From: Gemmatimonadaceae bacterium
GTDB taxonomy: Bacteria > Gemmatimonadota > Gemmatimonadetes > Gemmatimonadales > Gemmatimonadaceae
DNA length: 28,440 nt
Assembly (NCBI GenBank): GCA_040902005.1
Contig: JBBDYA010000070.1
Span: 1-28,440, forward strand
Direction of reading: 5' to 3'
Below the pieces are notes generated by a model. That model saw only the letters and a list, made by a program, of their open reading frames with translations. It ran no database searches and was not told the origin of the DNA. Of this stretch, positions 8,611 through 18,076 are shown in pieces. Made by a program: the position numbers and the translations under genes. Position 1 is the stretch's first letter. Every line of letters begins with the position of its first letter.

Positions 8611-10095
8611 CTAGTTGCGCGCGTAGACGGTCCAACCCTGCCACCACTTGATGCCTCCGGGCGCCGCGGCGCCCATGAACGTTGTGCCGGCGAAGGCATG
8701 TCCCGTCGGCGACGCCCCGGTCGCCTTCGTGGCCATCTTCCCCGTAAAGGTGGCGAGACCACCGCTGGCGCCGGCCGCCCCGGCTGCCGGCGTCCAATCG
8801 AGCGCTGCCGTCGCCGTGGCGTTGGTGAATGTGGCCGGAAACGCCGTGAATACCGCCGTGGCAAGCGACGCCGAGAGGGTCAGCGCGTTCGCCGTCACGT
8901 CAAGGCTATTCTGCACGCTCGAGCCACCGGTCTGGAACATCGAGGGCGTCTCGACGTGCACGATGTTGCGCAGGAGCAGGTCGGCAGTAACCGGGTCTGG
9001 CGTGCCGGTGCTGCCCGCGCGCGCGAACGTCTCCGCGTCGCGAAGGCTGGTGCCCCCGCGCGGCCAGCGCCCGAGGATGCCGTTGACGTAATAGCCGCCT
9101 GTGCCGCGGCGCAGCATCATCCCTACACCGCCGCTCGACCCGCTGGTGGCCGTCTCGCCCGTGCCGATGAGCGTGAAGTTGGCCACGAGCGGCACGGTGA
9201 ACGGCGCCGTGTCGAACCCGCTGGCGCATCCGGTGCCGCTGCACCCGTCATTCTCGATGCCCTGGGGATCAGACGACGGCGTGCCCGCGCCAGTCCTCGC
9301 CGTGAGTTGCGTGGTCTGGAGGGCGATGAGGTACTGGAGACGCCCGACGTAGCCCTCGGACATGTCGAAGTGGTCGTCGCCGGCCTCGTAGGACACGAGA
9401 TGGTTGGCATCGGCGGCGCCCCCGAAGAACTCGAACGAGTCGTCCAGCCCGGCCATCGCCTGAAGATACGAAAGCCTGGTACCACTCCCAACAGCGCCGA
9501 ACGTGAATGAGTTGAGCTCGTTGTTCAGCGACGGCCCGTATCCCGCGTACTCCACGCGAACGTACCGCAGCTCACCGCTGTTGTCGGTGTTCGTCGTGCC
9601 GCCATCGTAGGTGACGCGGTAGTTGGTGCCCGGCGTGCTCCCCGTGACGGTGCCCGTCCCTTCGATCTCCAGGCCACCCGTCACGACACGATTGATGATG
9701 CCGTTGCCGATGATGATCAGTCCGCCCCAATCGCCCGGAGCGCGCGATCCAGCCGGTTGTGACGACGTGAACACGATGGGCGCGTCGGCCGTGCCGACCG
9801 CGCTGATGCGCGCGCCGCGCAGAATGAAGAGCGAGGAACCGAGCGTCGCGAAGTCGCCCAGGATCCTGGTGCCCGGCTCAATGGTGAGCGTCGCGCCGTT
9901 GCCGACGTGCACGAAGCCCTTGATGGTGTAGGTCGTCTCGGCGTAGAGCGTGCGGTTGGCCAGGATATCGGTGGCGATGTCCGCGTCGCCTGGCGGAACG
10001 ACAACGGGCCCGAGCGGATCGTCGGTGCGGCACGCGGCGAGCGACAGGGCGGTTGCCGTTGCAAGCAGTAGCGGAAGTCTGGTGCGGACGTTCAT
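8611..10095 (-). CDS. Large surface lipoprotein with probable beta-helix repeats (TBDR-associated, ElpS-like)
   Basis: Lipobox LAAC; motifs TLTIEPGT, PIVFTS, PGDWGGLIIIG, SGELRYVRVEYAG, ELNSFTFGAVGSGT, DDSFEFFGG, DDHFD; ends WWQGWTVY. Confidence 0.8.
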   Translation of the reverse strand: MNVRTRLPLLLATATALSLAACRTDDPLGPVVVPPGDADIATDILANRTLYAETTYTIKGFVHVGNGATLTIEPGTRILGDFATLGSSLFILRGARISAVGTADAPIVFTSSQPAGSRAPGDWGGLIIIGNGIINRVVTGGLEIEGTGTVTGSTPGTNYRVTYDGGTTNTDNSGELRYVRVEYAGYGPSLNNELNSFTFGAVGSGTRLSYLQAMAGLDDSFEFFGGAADANHLVSYEAGDDHFDMSEGYVGRLQYLIALQTTQLTARTGAGTPSSDPQGIENDGCSGTGCASGFDTAPFTVPLVANFTLIGTGETATSGSSGGVGMMLRRGTGGYYVNGILGRWPRGGTSLRDAETFARAGSTGTPDPVTADLLLRNIVHVETPSMFQTGGSSVQNSLDVTANALTLSASLATAVFTAFPATFTNATATAALDWTPAAGAAGASGGLATFTGKMATKATGASPTGHAFAGTTFMGAAAPGGIKWWQGWTVYARN

Positions 10096-10129
10096 GACAG
10101 CCTCGCGAGGAACAAAGGGGTGAGGACAC

Positions 10130-10163
10130 GAGTGGCCGCGGGGCAGGTTCCTCGCGGCCACTC
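10130..10163. other. Strong inverted repeat in the leader of the lipoprotein gene
   Basis: GAGTGGCCGCG (10130-10140) and CGCGGCCACTC (10153-10163) form a perfect 11-bp stem. Confidence 0.75.
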
Positions 10164-10190
10164 AACATCACCATCGTGTGTCGGCACCCA

Positions 10191-10217
10191 ATCACATGCG
10201 CGTCACGGACGGGTCAC
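10191..10217 (-). promoter_or_regulatory. Putative Pho box upstream of large lipoprotein gene
   Basis: + strand ATCAC-N6-GTCAC-N6-GTCAC. Confidence 0.6.
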
Positions 10218-10236
10218 ACCGTGCGAACCGCGGTCG

Positions 10237-12987
10237 CTATCGCTGCAGGTTCACCCCGAGCTGGATCGTGCGCCCCACGTTGTGGCGCTCGCGCGTCACG
10301 TCGCCCTGGCGCAGCTGGTACGCGGCGCCCAGCAGGTTCTTCGCATCGAGACGCGCCTCGAATCCCTGCGCGGCGGGCCAGCGGATCGAGAGGTCGAGCA
10401 CATTGCGCGGCTGCTCCGTCACGTCCGGCAGCGGCTGCTCGCCGGCCTCGTGGATGCGCGGGCCCACCCGGTTGAACAGGAGTGTCGCGCTGCCGCCCCT
10501 GGCGCGCGGCGAATACGTGAGCCCCGCGTTGACGACGTACGGCGCCTGCCCCACCATCGCGCGGTTCGCGTTGGTGGAGGCCGCCGCCGAGCCGCCCAGC
10601 ACGATCTCGCTGCGCATGAAGGTGGCCGACGCGAACGCGGTGAAGGGCGACAGGAACCCGGCGATCTGGTCGAGGTCCTTTCTCGCCTCCAGCTCCACGC
10701 CGAGATTGTCGGCGCGCTCGGCGTTCACGAACGTCACGAGGCTGTTGGTGTTGCTGGCGGTGAACACCCGCTCGATGGGATCGTGAAACCGCTTGGCAAA
10801 CACCGCCGCGCTGAGCAACTCACCCGAGCGCGGGTACCACTCGAAGCGCATGTCCGCGTTGTCGATGCGCGTGCGCACGAGGTCCGGGTTGCCGCGCAGG
10901 TCCACGCCGCCCAGCACGTCGCGCGTGCGCAGGGCGGCCAGTTCGCGGTACTCCGGACGCGCGAGCGTCCGGGACACCGAGAAGCGCAGCGCATGCGTTG
11001 CAGTGGGCCGGTAGGTCAGCCCCGCCGACGGCAGCACGTCCGTGAACACGCTTTTGGCCACGGAGTACTCGTTCAGGGTGCTGAGCGCGCTGACGCGGGC
11101 GTCGGAGTGTTCCAGGCGCGCGCCGGTGACGAGATCCACCGTGCTGCTCAGCGGAATCTCGACCATCGCGAACCCGGCGACGATCGCGTCGTCCGCGGTG
11201 TAGGAGCCGCCCTGGGCCAGCGACCGGACGTTGAGCACCGAGGAATCCGGCGCAGTGAAACGACCGCCGAACAGTTCCTCCGGCGGCAGCATGCGGACGG
11301 AATCGGTCATCGACGGCGCGAAGATGCCGAACGAATTCGTGTTGGCCGTGCGCTGCGCCCCCCGCGCCCGACCGCCCACCTTCATCGTCAGGTGGCGACC
11401 GAAGGGTGAGAGCTCGCGGCGGTACGCGCCGCTCGCCTCGCCCGCCTGCTCGTCGAGACTGGCGAACGTGCGCACCGCGCCCTCGGCCAGCGTGTTCAGC
11501 CACAGCCGGTTGTCGGAGCCGGGCACCGTCTCGTACACCAGCTCCGAGCGATCGGGCTGGCTGCGCGTCACCCCGGAGCCGGAGACGCTCCAGTCGAAGC
11601 CGTGGTGGCCGCGATCGTGTTCACCCTTCAGCTGGGTGCTCCACATGGAGCGCTCCACGTAGTCCAGACGCTGCACCTCGATCGGAATCCCGAGGTCCTC
11701 GTACGCCCCGCGCTCCACGCGCGCGTCGTTGTCCGCCGTGCGATTGTACAGCGCGCTGAAATCCAGGCGGCTGCTGGCGCTGATCAGTGAGCTGAGGTTC
11801 AGCAGCCCACCCCACAGCACCGACTCGCCGCTGGTGGTGCCGTCGAAGCGGTTGTACTCCAGCAGCTCGCCCGCGCCCGTGGGTCGCGCGAGTGCGCGGG
11901 ACTGGTCGTCCTGCAGGACCTGCGAGTACGAATAGCTGCCGGACACCAGGTAGCCGACGCGCCGGTTGAACATGCGCTCGCTCCCCCCGACCGATCCGCG
12001 GAACGACATGTTCGGTCGCGCCGTGCGCTCGCCGGCGCGCCACACGTTGCGGAAGGAGTTGATGACCCCGTTCCTGTCCGCCTGTGTCGTGCCGGAGAAG
12101 TTGCCCGCCTGGAGCGCCGCGGAGGGAATGCCGCGGTCGCCGCCAGCCATGGCGAAGGCCTCGCCGCCTACGCCGGGCGCGAACGGCAGCGTGGAGCCCA
12201 CCCCGGCGCCGGCGTAGCCGATGGACGCGCCATACGCGAGCTGGCGCTCACCCGGAAATTCGCGCGTGCGAATGTCCACCTGCGCGCCGCTGAAATCGCC
12301 GGGAAGATCCGGCGTGAACGTCTTGCTCGTGGTGATGCTCTGGAGCAGCCCGGAGGGGAACATGTCGAGCGGCACCACCTTGCGTTCCGGTTCCGGACTG
12401 GGCATCCGCGCGCCGTTGAGCGAGGTCGTGGTGTAGCGCTCGCCCAGCCCGCGCACGAACACGTACTTCCCGTCCTGCACGGTCACGCCGCTCACGCGCT
12501 GCACCGCCTGCGCCGCGTTGCCGTCCGGGCTTCTGCTGATCTGCTCGGCGGTGACCGCGCTCACCACGCCCGTGGCGTTGCGCTGCTCGTCCAGCGCGGA
12601 CTCCACGGAGCCGCGGTCGGCGCTGGCCCGCACCGTGAGCGCCTCGACCCGCGTCACGAACTGCGTGAGTTCGATGGTGTCCGCGAGCGCGCCACCGGCG
12701 TTCAGCAGCAGGCCGGTGAGCGTGCGCGGCTGATAGCCAAGCCGCCGCACCTGGATCGTGATCGTGCCCGCGGGCACGCTGAAGATGCGATACGCCCCGT
12801 TGGCGTCGGTCATGGTGCCGAGCGTCGTTCCGACGATCTGCACGCCAGCATCGCTGATGGGACGCCGGGAGTCGGCGTCGATGACCAGCCCTTCGATGCG
12901 GCCGGTGGTGGACGGGGCGTTCTGCTGGGCCTGGACGATGGACGATGCCAGGAGGGCGGCACCGGCGATCAGGACTCGGGATAACAT
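10237..12987 (-). CDS. TonB-dependent receptor with N-terminal carboxypeptidase-regulatory-like domain
   Basis: Signal peptide; plug motif AVQRVSGVTVQDGKYVFVRGLGERY...VPLDMFPS; barrel motifs TLARPEYRE and GNPDL; C-terminal KNLL...GRTIQLGVNLQR. Confidence 0.93.
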   Translation of the reverse strand: MLSRVLIAGAALLASSIVQAQQNAPSTTGRIEGLVIDADSRRPISDAGVQIVGTTLGTMTDANGAYRIFSVPAGTITIQVRRLGYQPRTLTGLLLNAGGALADTIELTQFVTRVEALTVRASADRGSVESALDEQRNATGVVSAVTAEQISRSPDGNAAQAVQRVSGVTVQDGKYVFVRGLGERYTTTSLNGARMPSPEPERKVVPLDMFPSGLLQSITTSKTFTPDLPGDFSGAQVDIRTREFPGERQLAYGASIGYAGAGVGSTLPFAPGVGGEAFAMAGGDRGIPSAALQAGNFSGTTQADRNGVINSFRNVWRAGERTARPNMSFRGSVGGSERMFNRRVGYLVSGSYSYSQVLQDDQSRALARPTGAGELLEYNRFDGTTSGESVLWGGLLNLSSLISASSRLDFSALYNRTADNDARVERGAYEDLGIPIEVQRLDYVERSMWSTQLKGEHDRGHHGFDWSVSGSGVTRSQPDRSELVYETVPGSDNRLWLNTLAEGAVRTFASLDEQAGEASGAYRRELSPFGRHLTMKVGGRARGAQRTANTNSFGIFAPSMTDSVRMLPPEELFGGRFTAPDSSVLNVRSLAQGGSYTADDAIVAGFAMVEIPLSSTVDLVTGARLEHSDARVSALSTLNEYSVAKSVFTDVLPSAGLTYRPTATHALRFSVSRTLARPEYRELAALRTRDVLGGVDLRGNPDLVRTRIDNADMRFEWYPRSGELLSAAVFAKRFHDPIERVFTASNTNSLVTFVNAERADNLGVELEARKDLDQIAGFLSPFTAFASATFMRSEIVLGGSAAASTNANRAMVGQAPYVVNAGLTYSPRARGGSATLLFNRVGPRIHEAGEQPLPDVTEQPRNVLDLSIRWPAAQGFEARLDAKNLLGAAYQLRQGDVTRERHNVGRTIQLGVNLQR

Positions 12988-13055
12988 CAAGCGGGACCCT
13001 GTGTTGAGAGATGGTGAAGGGTCACCTCCGGACGTATCGCGTGATCAACCGTTGT

Positions 13056-13071
13056 GTTACGAACGCGTCAC
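13056..13071 (-). promoter_or_regulatory. Putative Pho box upstream of TBDR, overlapping the phoR stop
   Basis: + strand GTTAC-GAACGC-GTCAC. Confidence 0.6.
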
Positions 13072-14777
13072 GACGCCTCGCCGGAAGGGAACAGCAGCGA
13101 GACCGTTGTGCCGGCCGGCCCGCTCGCGGCACTCACGCTACCGCCATGCGCCTCAACGAGATGCTTGACGATGGCCAGTCCGAGTCCCGTCCCCCCCGCC
13201 GAACGCGCGCGCGCGGGGTCCGCCCGGTAGAAACGCTCGAACACGCGGGGCAGGTGCTCCGGCGAAATCCCCGAGCCCGTGTCGCTCACCCCGATCACGA
13301 CGCCGCCCGGTTCTGCGCGGGCAAAGGCGGTGATCGTCCCGCCGTCGGGCGTGTACCGCACCGCATTGTCCACCAGGTTCACCAGCGCCTGACGCACGGC
13401 CATGGGATCGGCGCGCACCCTCGTGGCGTCGGCGTCGACGTGCATCTCGATGGACACGCGGCGTGTGCCCGCGGCCTCGCGATAGGGCGACAGCGCTTCG
13501 GCGATCGCCGATGTCAGGTTCACCTCCACTGGCGACGGCCTCCAGCCGCCGCTCTCGATTCGCGACAGGTCCAGCAGGTCGTCCACCAGCCGCTGCATGC
13601 GTTCCGCGTTCGAGCGGATCGTGTCGGCGAACCGCGCGTGGTGGGACCCGTCCGGCAGTTCCGCCGCGAGCGTCTCCGCGTAGCCCCGAATGGCGGTGAG
13701 CGGCGTCTTGAGCTCGTGCGACACGTTGGCGACGAAGTCCCGCCGCACGGCCTGAAGCCGCCGCAATCCGGTGAGGTCGAACAGCGCGAGCACCGCCCCG
13801 CCCACGCCGAGCGGACGCGCCGTGAGCGTCAGCGTGCGCGTGCCGATCTGGGTCTCCACGTCTTCCACCACGCTGCCGCCGAGCGCGCCCGCCAGCGCGT
13901 CGTGCAGCTGGCGGTCGCGCGGCAGCAGGTCCACGGAAAATGGCACCGGCGCCTGCGCGCTCAGCAGCGTGCGTCCGCTGCGGTTGATCCGGATCACGCG
14001 GCGCTGGCCGTCCACGGCCACCACGCCTTCATTCAGTGATTCCACCAGCGCGCCCAGCAGGTCGTCCTCCGCCTGAAGCGCGCGCATGCGACCCTCCAGC
14101 TGGTCCGCCATGCGGCGCACCGCGACGCCCAGCTCCCCCACCTCGCCCGGCGCGGACAGCGAGGGGCGTCGCGTGAGGTCGCCCGCGGCGATGGCGCCAG
14201 CCACGTCGCGCAGTTCCGTGATCGGCGCGGACACCTGCCGCGAGAACAGCGCCGCCAGCGCGAGCGCGATGAGCAGCGCCACCAGCCCGGACACGAGGAC
14301 GTCGCGTCGCGCGCGCGCGACGATGGTGTGCAGTTGCGCGGTGCCGATGGACACGCGCGCGACGCGCCCGTCGGTGCCCGCGATCGCGACGCGCAGCTCC
14401 TCCTCTCCCGACGGGCTGCGCCGCTCCGACGATCCCATCCCGAGCTGCCGCGCCTCCTCGATTTCCGGGCGCAGGTTGTGATTCTCGAGCGCGGCGAGCG
14501 CCGCGCCGTCGAACTCGCTGTCGCCCATCACGCGTCCGGTGGCATCCACCAGCGTGACCCGGTGTCTGAGCGCCGCGCCGGCGGCGTCGGCGAGTTCGTC
14601 GGCATCCACGGTGGGCGTCCACTGCCGCGAAACGAGCCGAGCCTCGCGCGCGAGCTGGTCGGCGGTGATCTGGCGCAGCTGCTCCCGCAGGCGGGCGCCA
14701 CTGAGTGCCACGGCGACCACTACCAGCACGCTGACGATCAGCAGCGCGCCCAGCACCAGCCGATGCGACAGCTTCAC
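13068..14777 (-). CDS. phoR: Phosphate regulon sensor histidine kinase (2 TM, periplasmic domain, HAMP, PAS, HisKA, HATPase)
   Basis: [61 protein letters not shown]; follows the response regulator in the pst island. Confidence 0.9.
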   Translation of the reverse strand: MKLSHRLVLGALLIVSVLVVVAVALSGARLREQLRQITADQLAREARLVSRQWTPTVDADELADAAGAALRHRVTLVDATGRVMGDSEFDGAALAALENHNLRPEIEEARQLGMGSSERRSPSGEEELRVAIAGTDGRVARVSIGTAQLHTIVARARRDVLVSGLVALLIALALAALFSRQVSAPITELRDVAGAIAAGDLTRRPSLSAPGEVGELGVAVRRMADQLEGRMRALQAEDDLLGALVESLNEGVVAVDGQRRVIRINRSGRTLLSAQAPVPFSVDLLPRDRQLHDALAGALGGSVVEDVETQIGTRTLTLTARPLGVGGAVLALFDLTGLRRLQAVRRDFVANVSHELKTPLTAIRGYAETLAAELPDGSHHARFADTIRSNAERMQRLVDDLLDLSRIESGGWRPSPVEVNLTSAIAEALSPYREAAGTRRVSIEMHVDADATRVRADPMAVRQALVNLVDNAVRYTPDGGTITAFARAEPGGVVIGVSDTGSGISPEHLPRVFERFYRADPARARSAGGTGLGLAIVKHLVEAHGGSVSAASGPAGTTVSLLFPSGEAS

Positions 14778-14784
14778 GCGCGGA

Positions 14785-15540
14785 TCACCGCTCGGTCGTT
14801 GCCCGCCGAATCCGGTACCCGAACCCGCGGACGGTCTCGATCAGCTCGCCGGACTCGCCGAGCTTTGCGCGCAACCGCTGCACGTGCATGTCCACCGTGC
14901 GGGTCTGGATGTCCGGGGCCGATTCCCACACGCTCTCCAGCAGCTGGGCGCGGCTCTGCACGCGTCCGCGGCGCTCAGCGAGCGTGATGAGGAGCTTGTA
15001 TTCCGTGGCGGTCAGTTCCACCGGGTGCCCGTTCATCGCCACGGCGTGCGCGTCCTTGTCGATCTCCACCGTGCCAAACTGGATGACGTTGCGCCGCTCC
15101 GTGGGGGCGGAGCGGGTGCGTCGCAGGATGTTGCGCACGCGAAGCACGAGCTCCTGCGGGCTGAACGGCTTGACGAGGTAGTCGTCGGCGCCCAGGGAGA
15201 GTCCGCGCACGCGGTCCGGCTCCTCCCGTCGCGCCGTGAGCATCAGGACGGGCGTGTTCGCCATCGCGGCGTCGCGGCGCAGCCGCTCGAGTACCTCGAA
15301 CCCCGATAGCTCTGGGAGCATGAGGTCAAGGACGATCAGGGCGGGCTGCTCGTCCGCGGCGGCCTGGAGCGCCTCGGTTCCCGTAGAGGCCGTCGACACC
15401 CGGTATCCCTCGCGCGCGAGGTGATAGGCGACGAGCGCCTTGATGTCGGGCTCGTCGTCCACCACGAGAATGCGATCGCCCGGTTGGCCGGACCTGTCTG
15501 CGGAGGGTTTCACGCCGATGTCACCACGTCGTCGAGTCAC
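14785..15540 (-). CDS. phoB: OmpR/PhoB-family response regulator (start may be the GTG at 15513)
   Basis: ILVVDDE, phosphoacceptor [21 protein letters not shown], w[19 protein letters not shown]...IETVRGFGY. Confidence 0.9.
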   Translation of the reverse strand: MTRRRGDIGVKPSADRSGQPGDRILVVDDEPDIKALVAYHLAREGYRVSTASTGTEALQAAADEQPALIVLDLMLPELSGFEVLERLRRDAAMANTPVLMLTARREEPDRVRGLSLGADDYLVKPFSPQELVLRVRNILRRTRSAPTERRNVIQFGTVEIDKDAHAVAMNGHPVELTATEYKLLITLAERRGRVQSRAQLLESVWESAPDIQTRTVDMHVQRLRAKLGESGELIETVRGFGYRIRRATTER

Positions 15541-15569
15541 GGCCGCAAGCTGGCCGCGCGCTGACTAGA

Positions 15570-15601
15570 GATTTAGCACAGCCCCGTTACAATCGTGTAA
15601 C
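15570..15601 (-). promoter_or_regulatory. Putative autoregulated phoB promoter: Pho box plus extended -10
   Basis: Minus strand GTTAC-ACGATT-GTAAC (15601-15586), then exactly 10 nt, then TG-c-TAAATC. This is similar to PhoB-activated promoter geometry. Confidence 0.65.
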
Positions 15602-15660
15602 GGAGCCGGCCAATCAACGGGCACAGCCTTTGCCTCCCATGAGCTTTTCGCGCCCCTTCG

Positions 15661-17385
15661 ATGCCTCGCCTGCTCCATACCCGTTACACGCTCGCACTAG
15701 CGGTCGCCACTGGCCTGGTCGCGCCGTCCGCCGTTTCCGCGCAGGCATCGGCCGAACCGCCGTGCGACGGGCTGCCCGTGGCCGCGGTAGAGGTGGACGC
15801 CGGACGCCCTGACTTTAGCGGGACCATGCGCTGGTGGCGGGCCTTTGCCCGGCAAATGGGGCTGCACCACCACACCACGGAGAATGGGCTGATCCGGCGA
15901 TTCGTGACGCTCGACCCAGGCCGTCCCTGCACCGAATTCCGGCGCGCGGAGTCGGAGCGCATCCTGCGCGCGCAACCGTACCTGACGAACGCCAGGGTCG
16001 AGACGCGGCGGGCTGGCGACAGCGTGATCGTGCACGTTTCCACCCAGGACGAGGTCGCCCTGGTGGCGGGCGCGCGGCTTCGGGGCGCCAGCATGCAGGC
16101 CCTGACGCTGGGCACACTCAACCTGTGGGGCGGGGGCACCCACGTGGAGGCCCGCTGGGAGGAGGGGCGCGTTCTGCGCGACGGTTTCGGCGGGAAAATC
16201 ACCCACCACCAGTTGCTCGGCCGTCCGTACTCCCTGGTGCTGGAAGGGGAGCGGCGTCCGCTGGGCGAGTACTACACGCTGTCCCTCAGCCATCCCTTCA
16301 TCACGGACCTGCAACGGGTGGCGTGGCATGCGGGGAATACCGTCAGCAAGAACTTCGCGTCGTACCGGCGCCCGGATCGCACGCAACTGCTTCAGCCGGT
16401 GGACCGCACCCTGTGGAACGTGGGGGGCATGGTGCGCATCGGTCCTCCACGCCGGCTCGTGCTGGTCGGCGGCATGATCCTGCACGAACGTCAGGTGCCG
16501 CACCACTCGTTCTCGATGTGGGATGCCAACGGCGGGCTGGTTCCGCCGCCGGAGACGAGCGGCGTGCGGCGGTACGGGATCTTTGATGCCACGAACGTCG
16601 CCGGCGTGCTGGGGATTCGCGCGCTGACCTTTCACCGCGTCTCTGGACTGGACGCGCTCCAGGCGGAGCAGGACGTTGCCACCGGTGCGCAGGTCGGCGC
16701 GATGCTGGGGCTGCGTCCATTCTTCGACACGCCGCTCAGCAACGGGTTTGGCCTCGTGGACGCGTACGCGGGCGCGCTGAGCGGACGCAGCTTCCTGGGC
16801 GCGCGCGTGGAACTGGAGACGCGGCTGGATCTGGACGAGACCGACTGGCGGCACCTGATCGGGAGCGGGCGCGCCGCGTGGTATTTCAAGGGCAGCGAGC
16901 GCTGGGTGTCCGAGCTTTCGGTGGAAGGGGCAGGGGCGTGGCGCACCATCCTGCCCTTTCAGATCGAGCTGGGGGACCGGTACGGCGGCGTGCGCGGCTA
17001 CGCGCGCTCCTTCGAGCCCGGCGGGCAGCGCCTGCTGGCTCGGCTGGAGCAGCGGTGGGATGTGGCGCGATACCAGCGCACACGCGCCGCGATCGGGCTG
17101 GCGGCGTTCAGCGACGCGGGCCGGATGTGGGCGGGCGACGTTCCCTTCGGCATGAACACGCCGTTGCGCGTGAGCGCCGGGTTCGCCGTGCTTGCCGCGG
17201 TGCCGGCGCAGTCCCGCCGGACGATGCGCGCCGAGGTGGCGTTTCCCCTCGATCGCGGAATGGGCGCCCGGGCCGAGCTACGTTTCACGGTGCGGGAGCC
17301 GGCGCGTGGTTTCTGGTTCGAGCCGCCGCGGGTGCGGTGGGCTCGACTGGCGGCGGTGCCGGAACAGATTTTCAGCTGGCCATGA
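15661..17385 (+). CDS. Omp85/BamA-TamA-like outer membrane protein (single POTRA-like domain plus beta-barrel)
   Basis: Signal peptide; POTRA-like ESERILRAQPYL...VHVSTQD; L6-loop motif GVRGY; AFSDAGRMW. Confidence 0.75.
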   Translation: MPRLLHTRYTLALAVATGLVAPSAVSAQASAEPPCDGLPVAAVEVDAGRPDFSGTMRWWRAFARQMGLHHHTTENGLIRRFVTLDPGRPCTEFRRAESERILRAQPYLTNARVETRRAGDSVIVHVSTQDEVALVAGARLRGASMQALTLGTLNLWGGGTHVEARWEEGRVLRDGFGGKITHHQLLGRPYSLVLEGERRPLGEYYTLSLSHPFITDLQRVAWHAGNTVSKNFASYRRPDRTQLLQPVDRTLWNVGGMVRIGPPRRLVLVGGMILHERQVPHHSFSMWDANGGLVPPPETSGVRRYGIFDATNVAGVLGIRALTFHRVSGLDALQAEQDVATGAQVGAMLGLRPFFDTPLSNGFGLVDAYAGALSGRSFLGARVELETRLDLDETDWRHLIGSGRAAWYFKGSERWVSELSVEGAGAWRTILPFQIELGDRYGGVRGYARSFEPGGQRLLARLEQRWDVARYQRTRAAIGLAAFSDAGRMWAGDVPFGMNTPLRVSAGFAVLAAVPAQSRRTMRAEVAFPLDRGMGARAELRFTVREPARGFWFEPPRVRWARLAAVPEQIFSWP

Positions 17386-17464
17386 TTTCGGGAGATCCCG
17401 GCCGGCGCTGCGCGCCGGTCGGCAGGACGCAGCGTACCGCTCTTCGCCCTCCGCTCCGATCGAC

Positions 17465-17959
17465 ATGCGATTACTACAGCTCTGGGTAGCCAGTGTGCTT
17501 CTCCTCTCGGCGTGCGAGAGCATCACGGAGCAGCCGGAGACCGTGGCGATGGGGGCGTCGCTTCAGGGGGTGACGGTGAAGCCGGATTCAGTCAGCACCA
17601 CCGCCGCGGGGTCGTTCAGCGGAACGCTCAGCTCCGAGGAAACCTTCACGTATACGATCTCGTTCAGCGGCCTCACGAGCGCGGCCACCGGGGCGCACCT
17701 CCATGGTCCCGCCGACACCAGCGGCGTGGCGCCGATCCTCGTGGACCTCGCCAATCTTCCCGTGGGGAGCACCGGGACGATCGCGCTGGGCGCCGTCGTG
17801 GGAACGGGGGAGGGGCTGCTGGATCTCGCGCTGCCCGTGAACACGTTCCTATCGGGCGATTCGCTGCACGCGCTGTTACGCGCCGGCCGGGTGTACGTGG
17901 ACGTGCACACGGCAAATCATGGGGCGGGGGAGATACGGGGGCAGCTGGGCAAGAACTAG
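17465..17959 (+). CDS. CHRD-domain lipoprotein
   Basis: Lipobox LSAC; FSGLTSAATGAHLHGPA and VYVDVHTANHGAGEIRGQL. Confidence 0.88.
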   Translation: MRLLQLWVASVLLLSACESITEQPETVAMGASLQGVTVKPDSVSTTAAGSFSGTLSSEETFTYTISFSGLTSAATGAHLHGPADTSGVAPILVDLANLPVGSTGTIALGAVVGTGEGLLDLALPVNTFLSGDSLHALLRAGRVYVDVHTANHGAGEIRGQLGKN

Positions 17960-18076
17960 CTCCTGATCAGTACCACCCCGAGACGTTCAGAGCCCGCCAG
18001 GCACAACCATATGGGACCTTGACGATGCCGCCGCGGGCCGCCATGTACGTGCGAGTTCGCCTGACGAGGGAAGCGC

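Noticed and set aside
3360..11409. Long plus-strand ORFs (3360-4679, 5764-6609, 6697-8010, 8455-9510, 10120-11409)
   Set aside because: Antisense shadows of well-supported minus-strand genes, expected at high GC; no recognisable motifs.
17192..17464. N-terminal extension of the CHRD ORF
   Set aside because: Overlaps the Omp85-like gene. The lipoprotein signal begins at ATG 17465.
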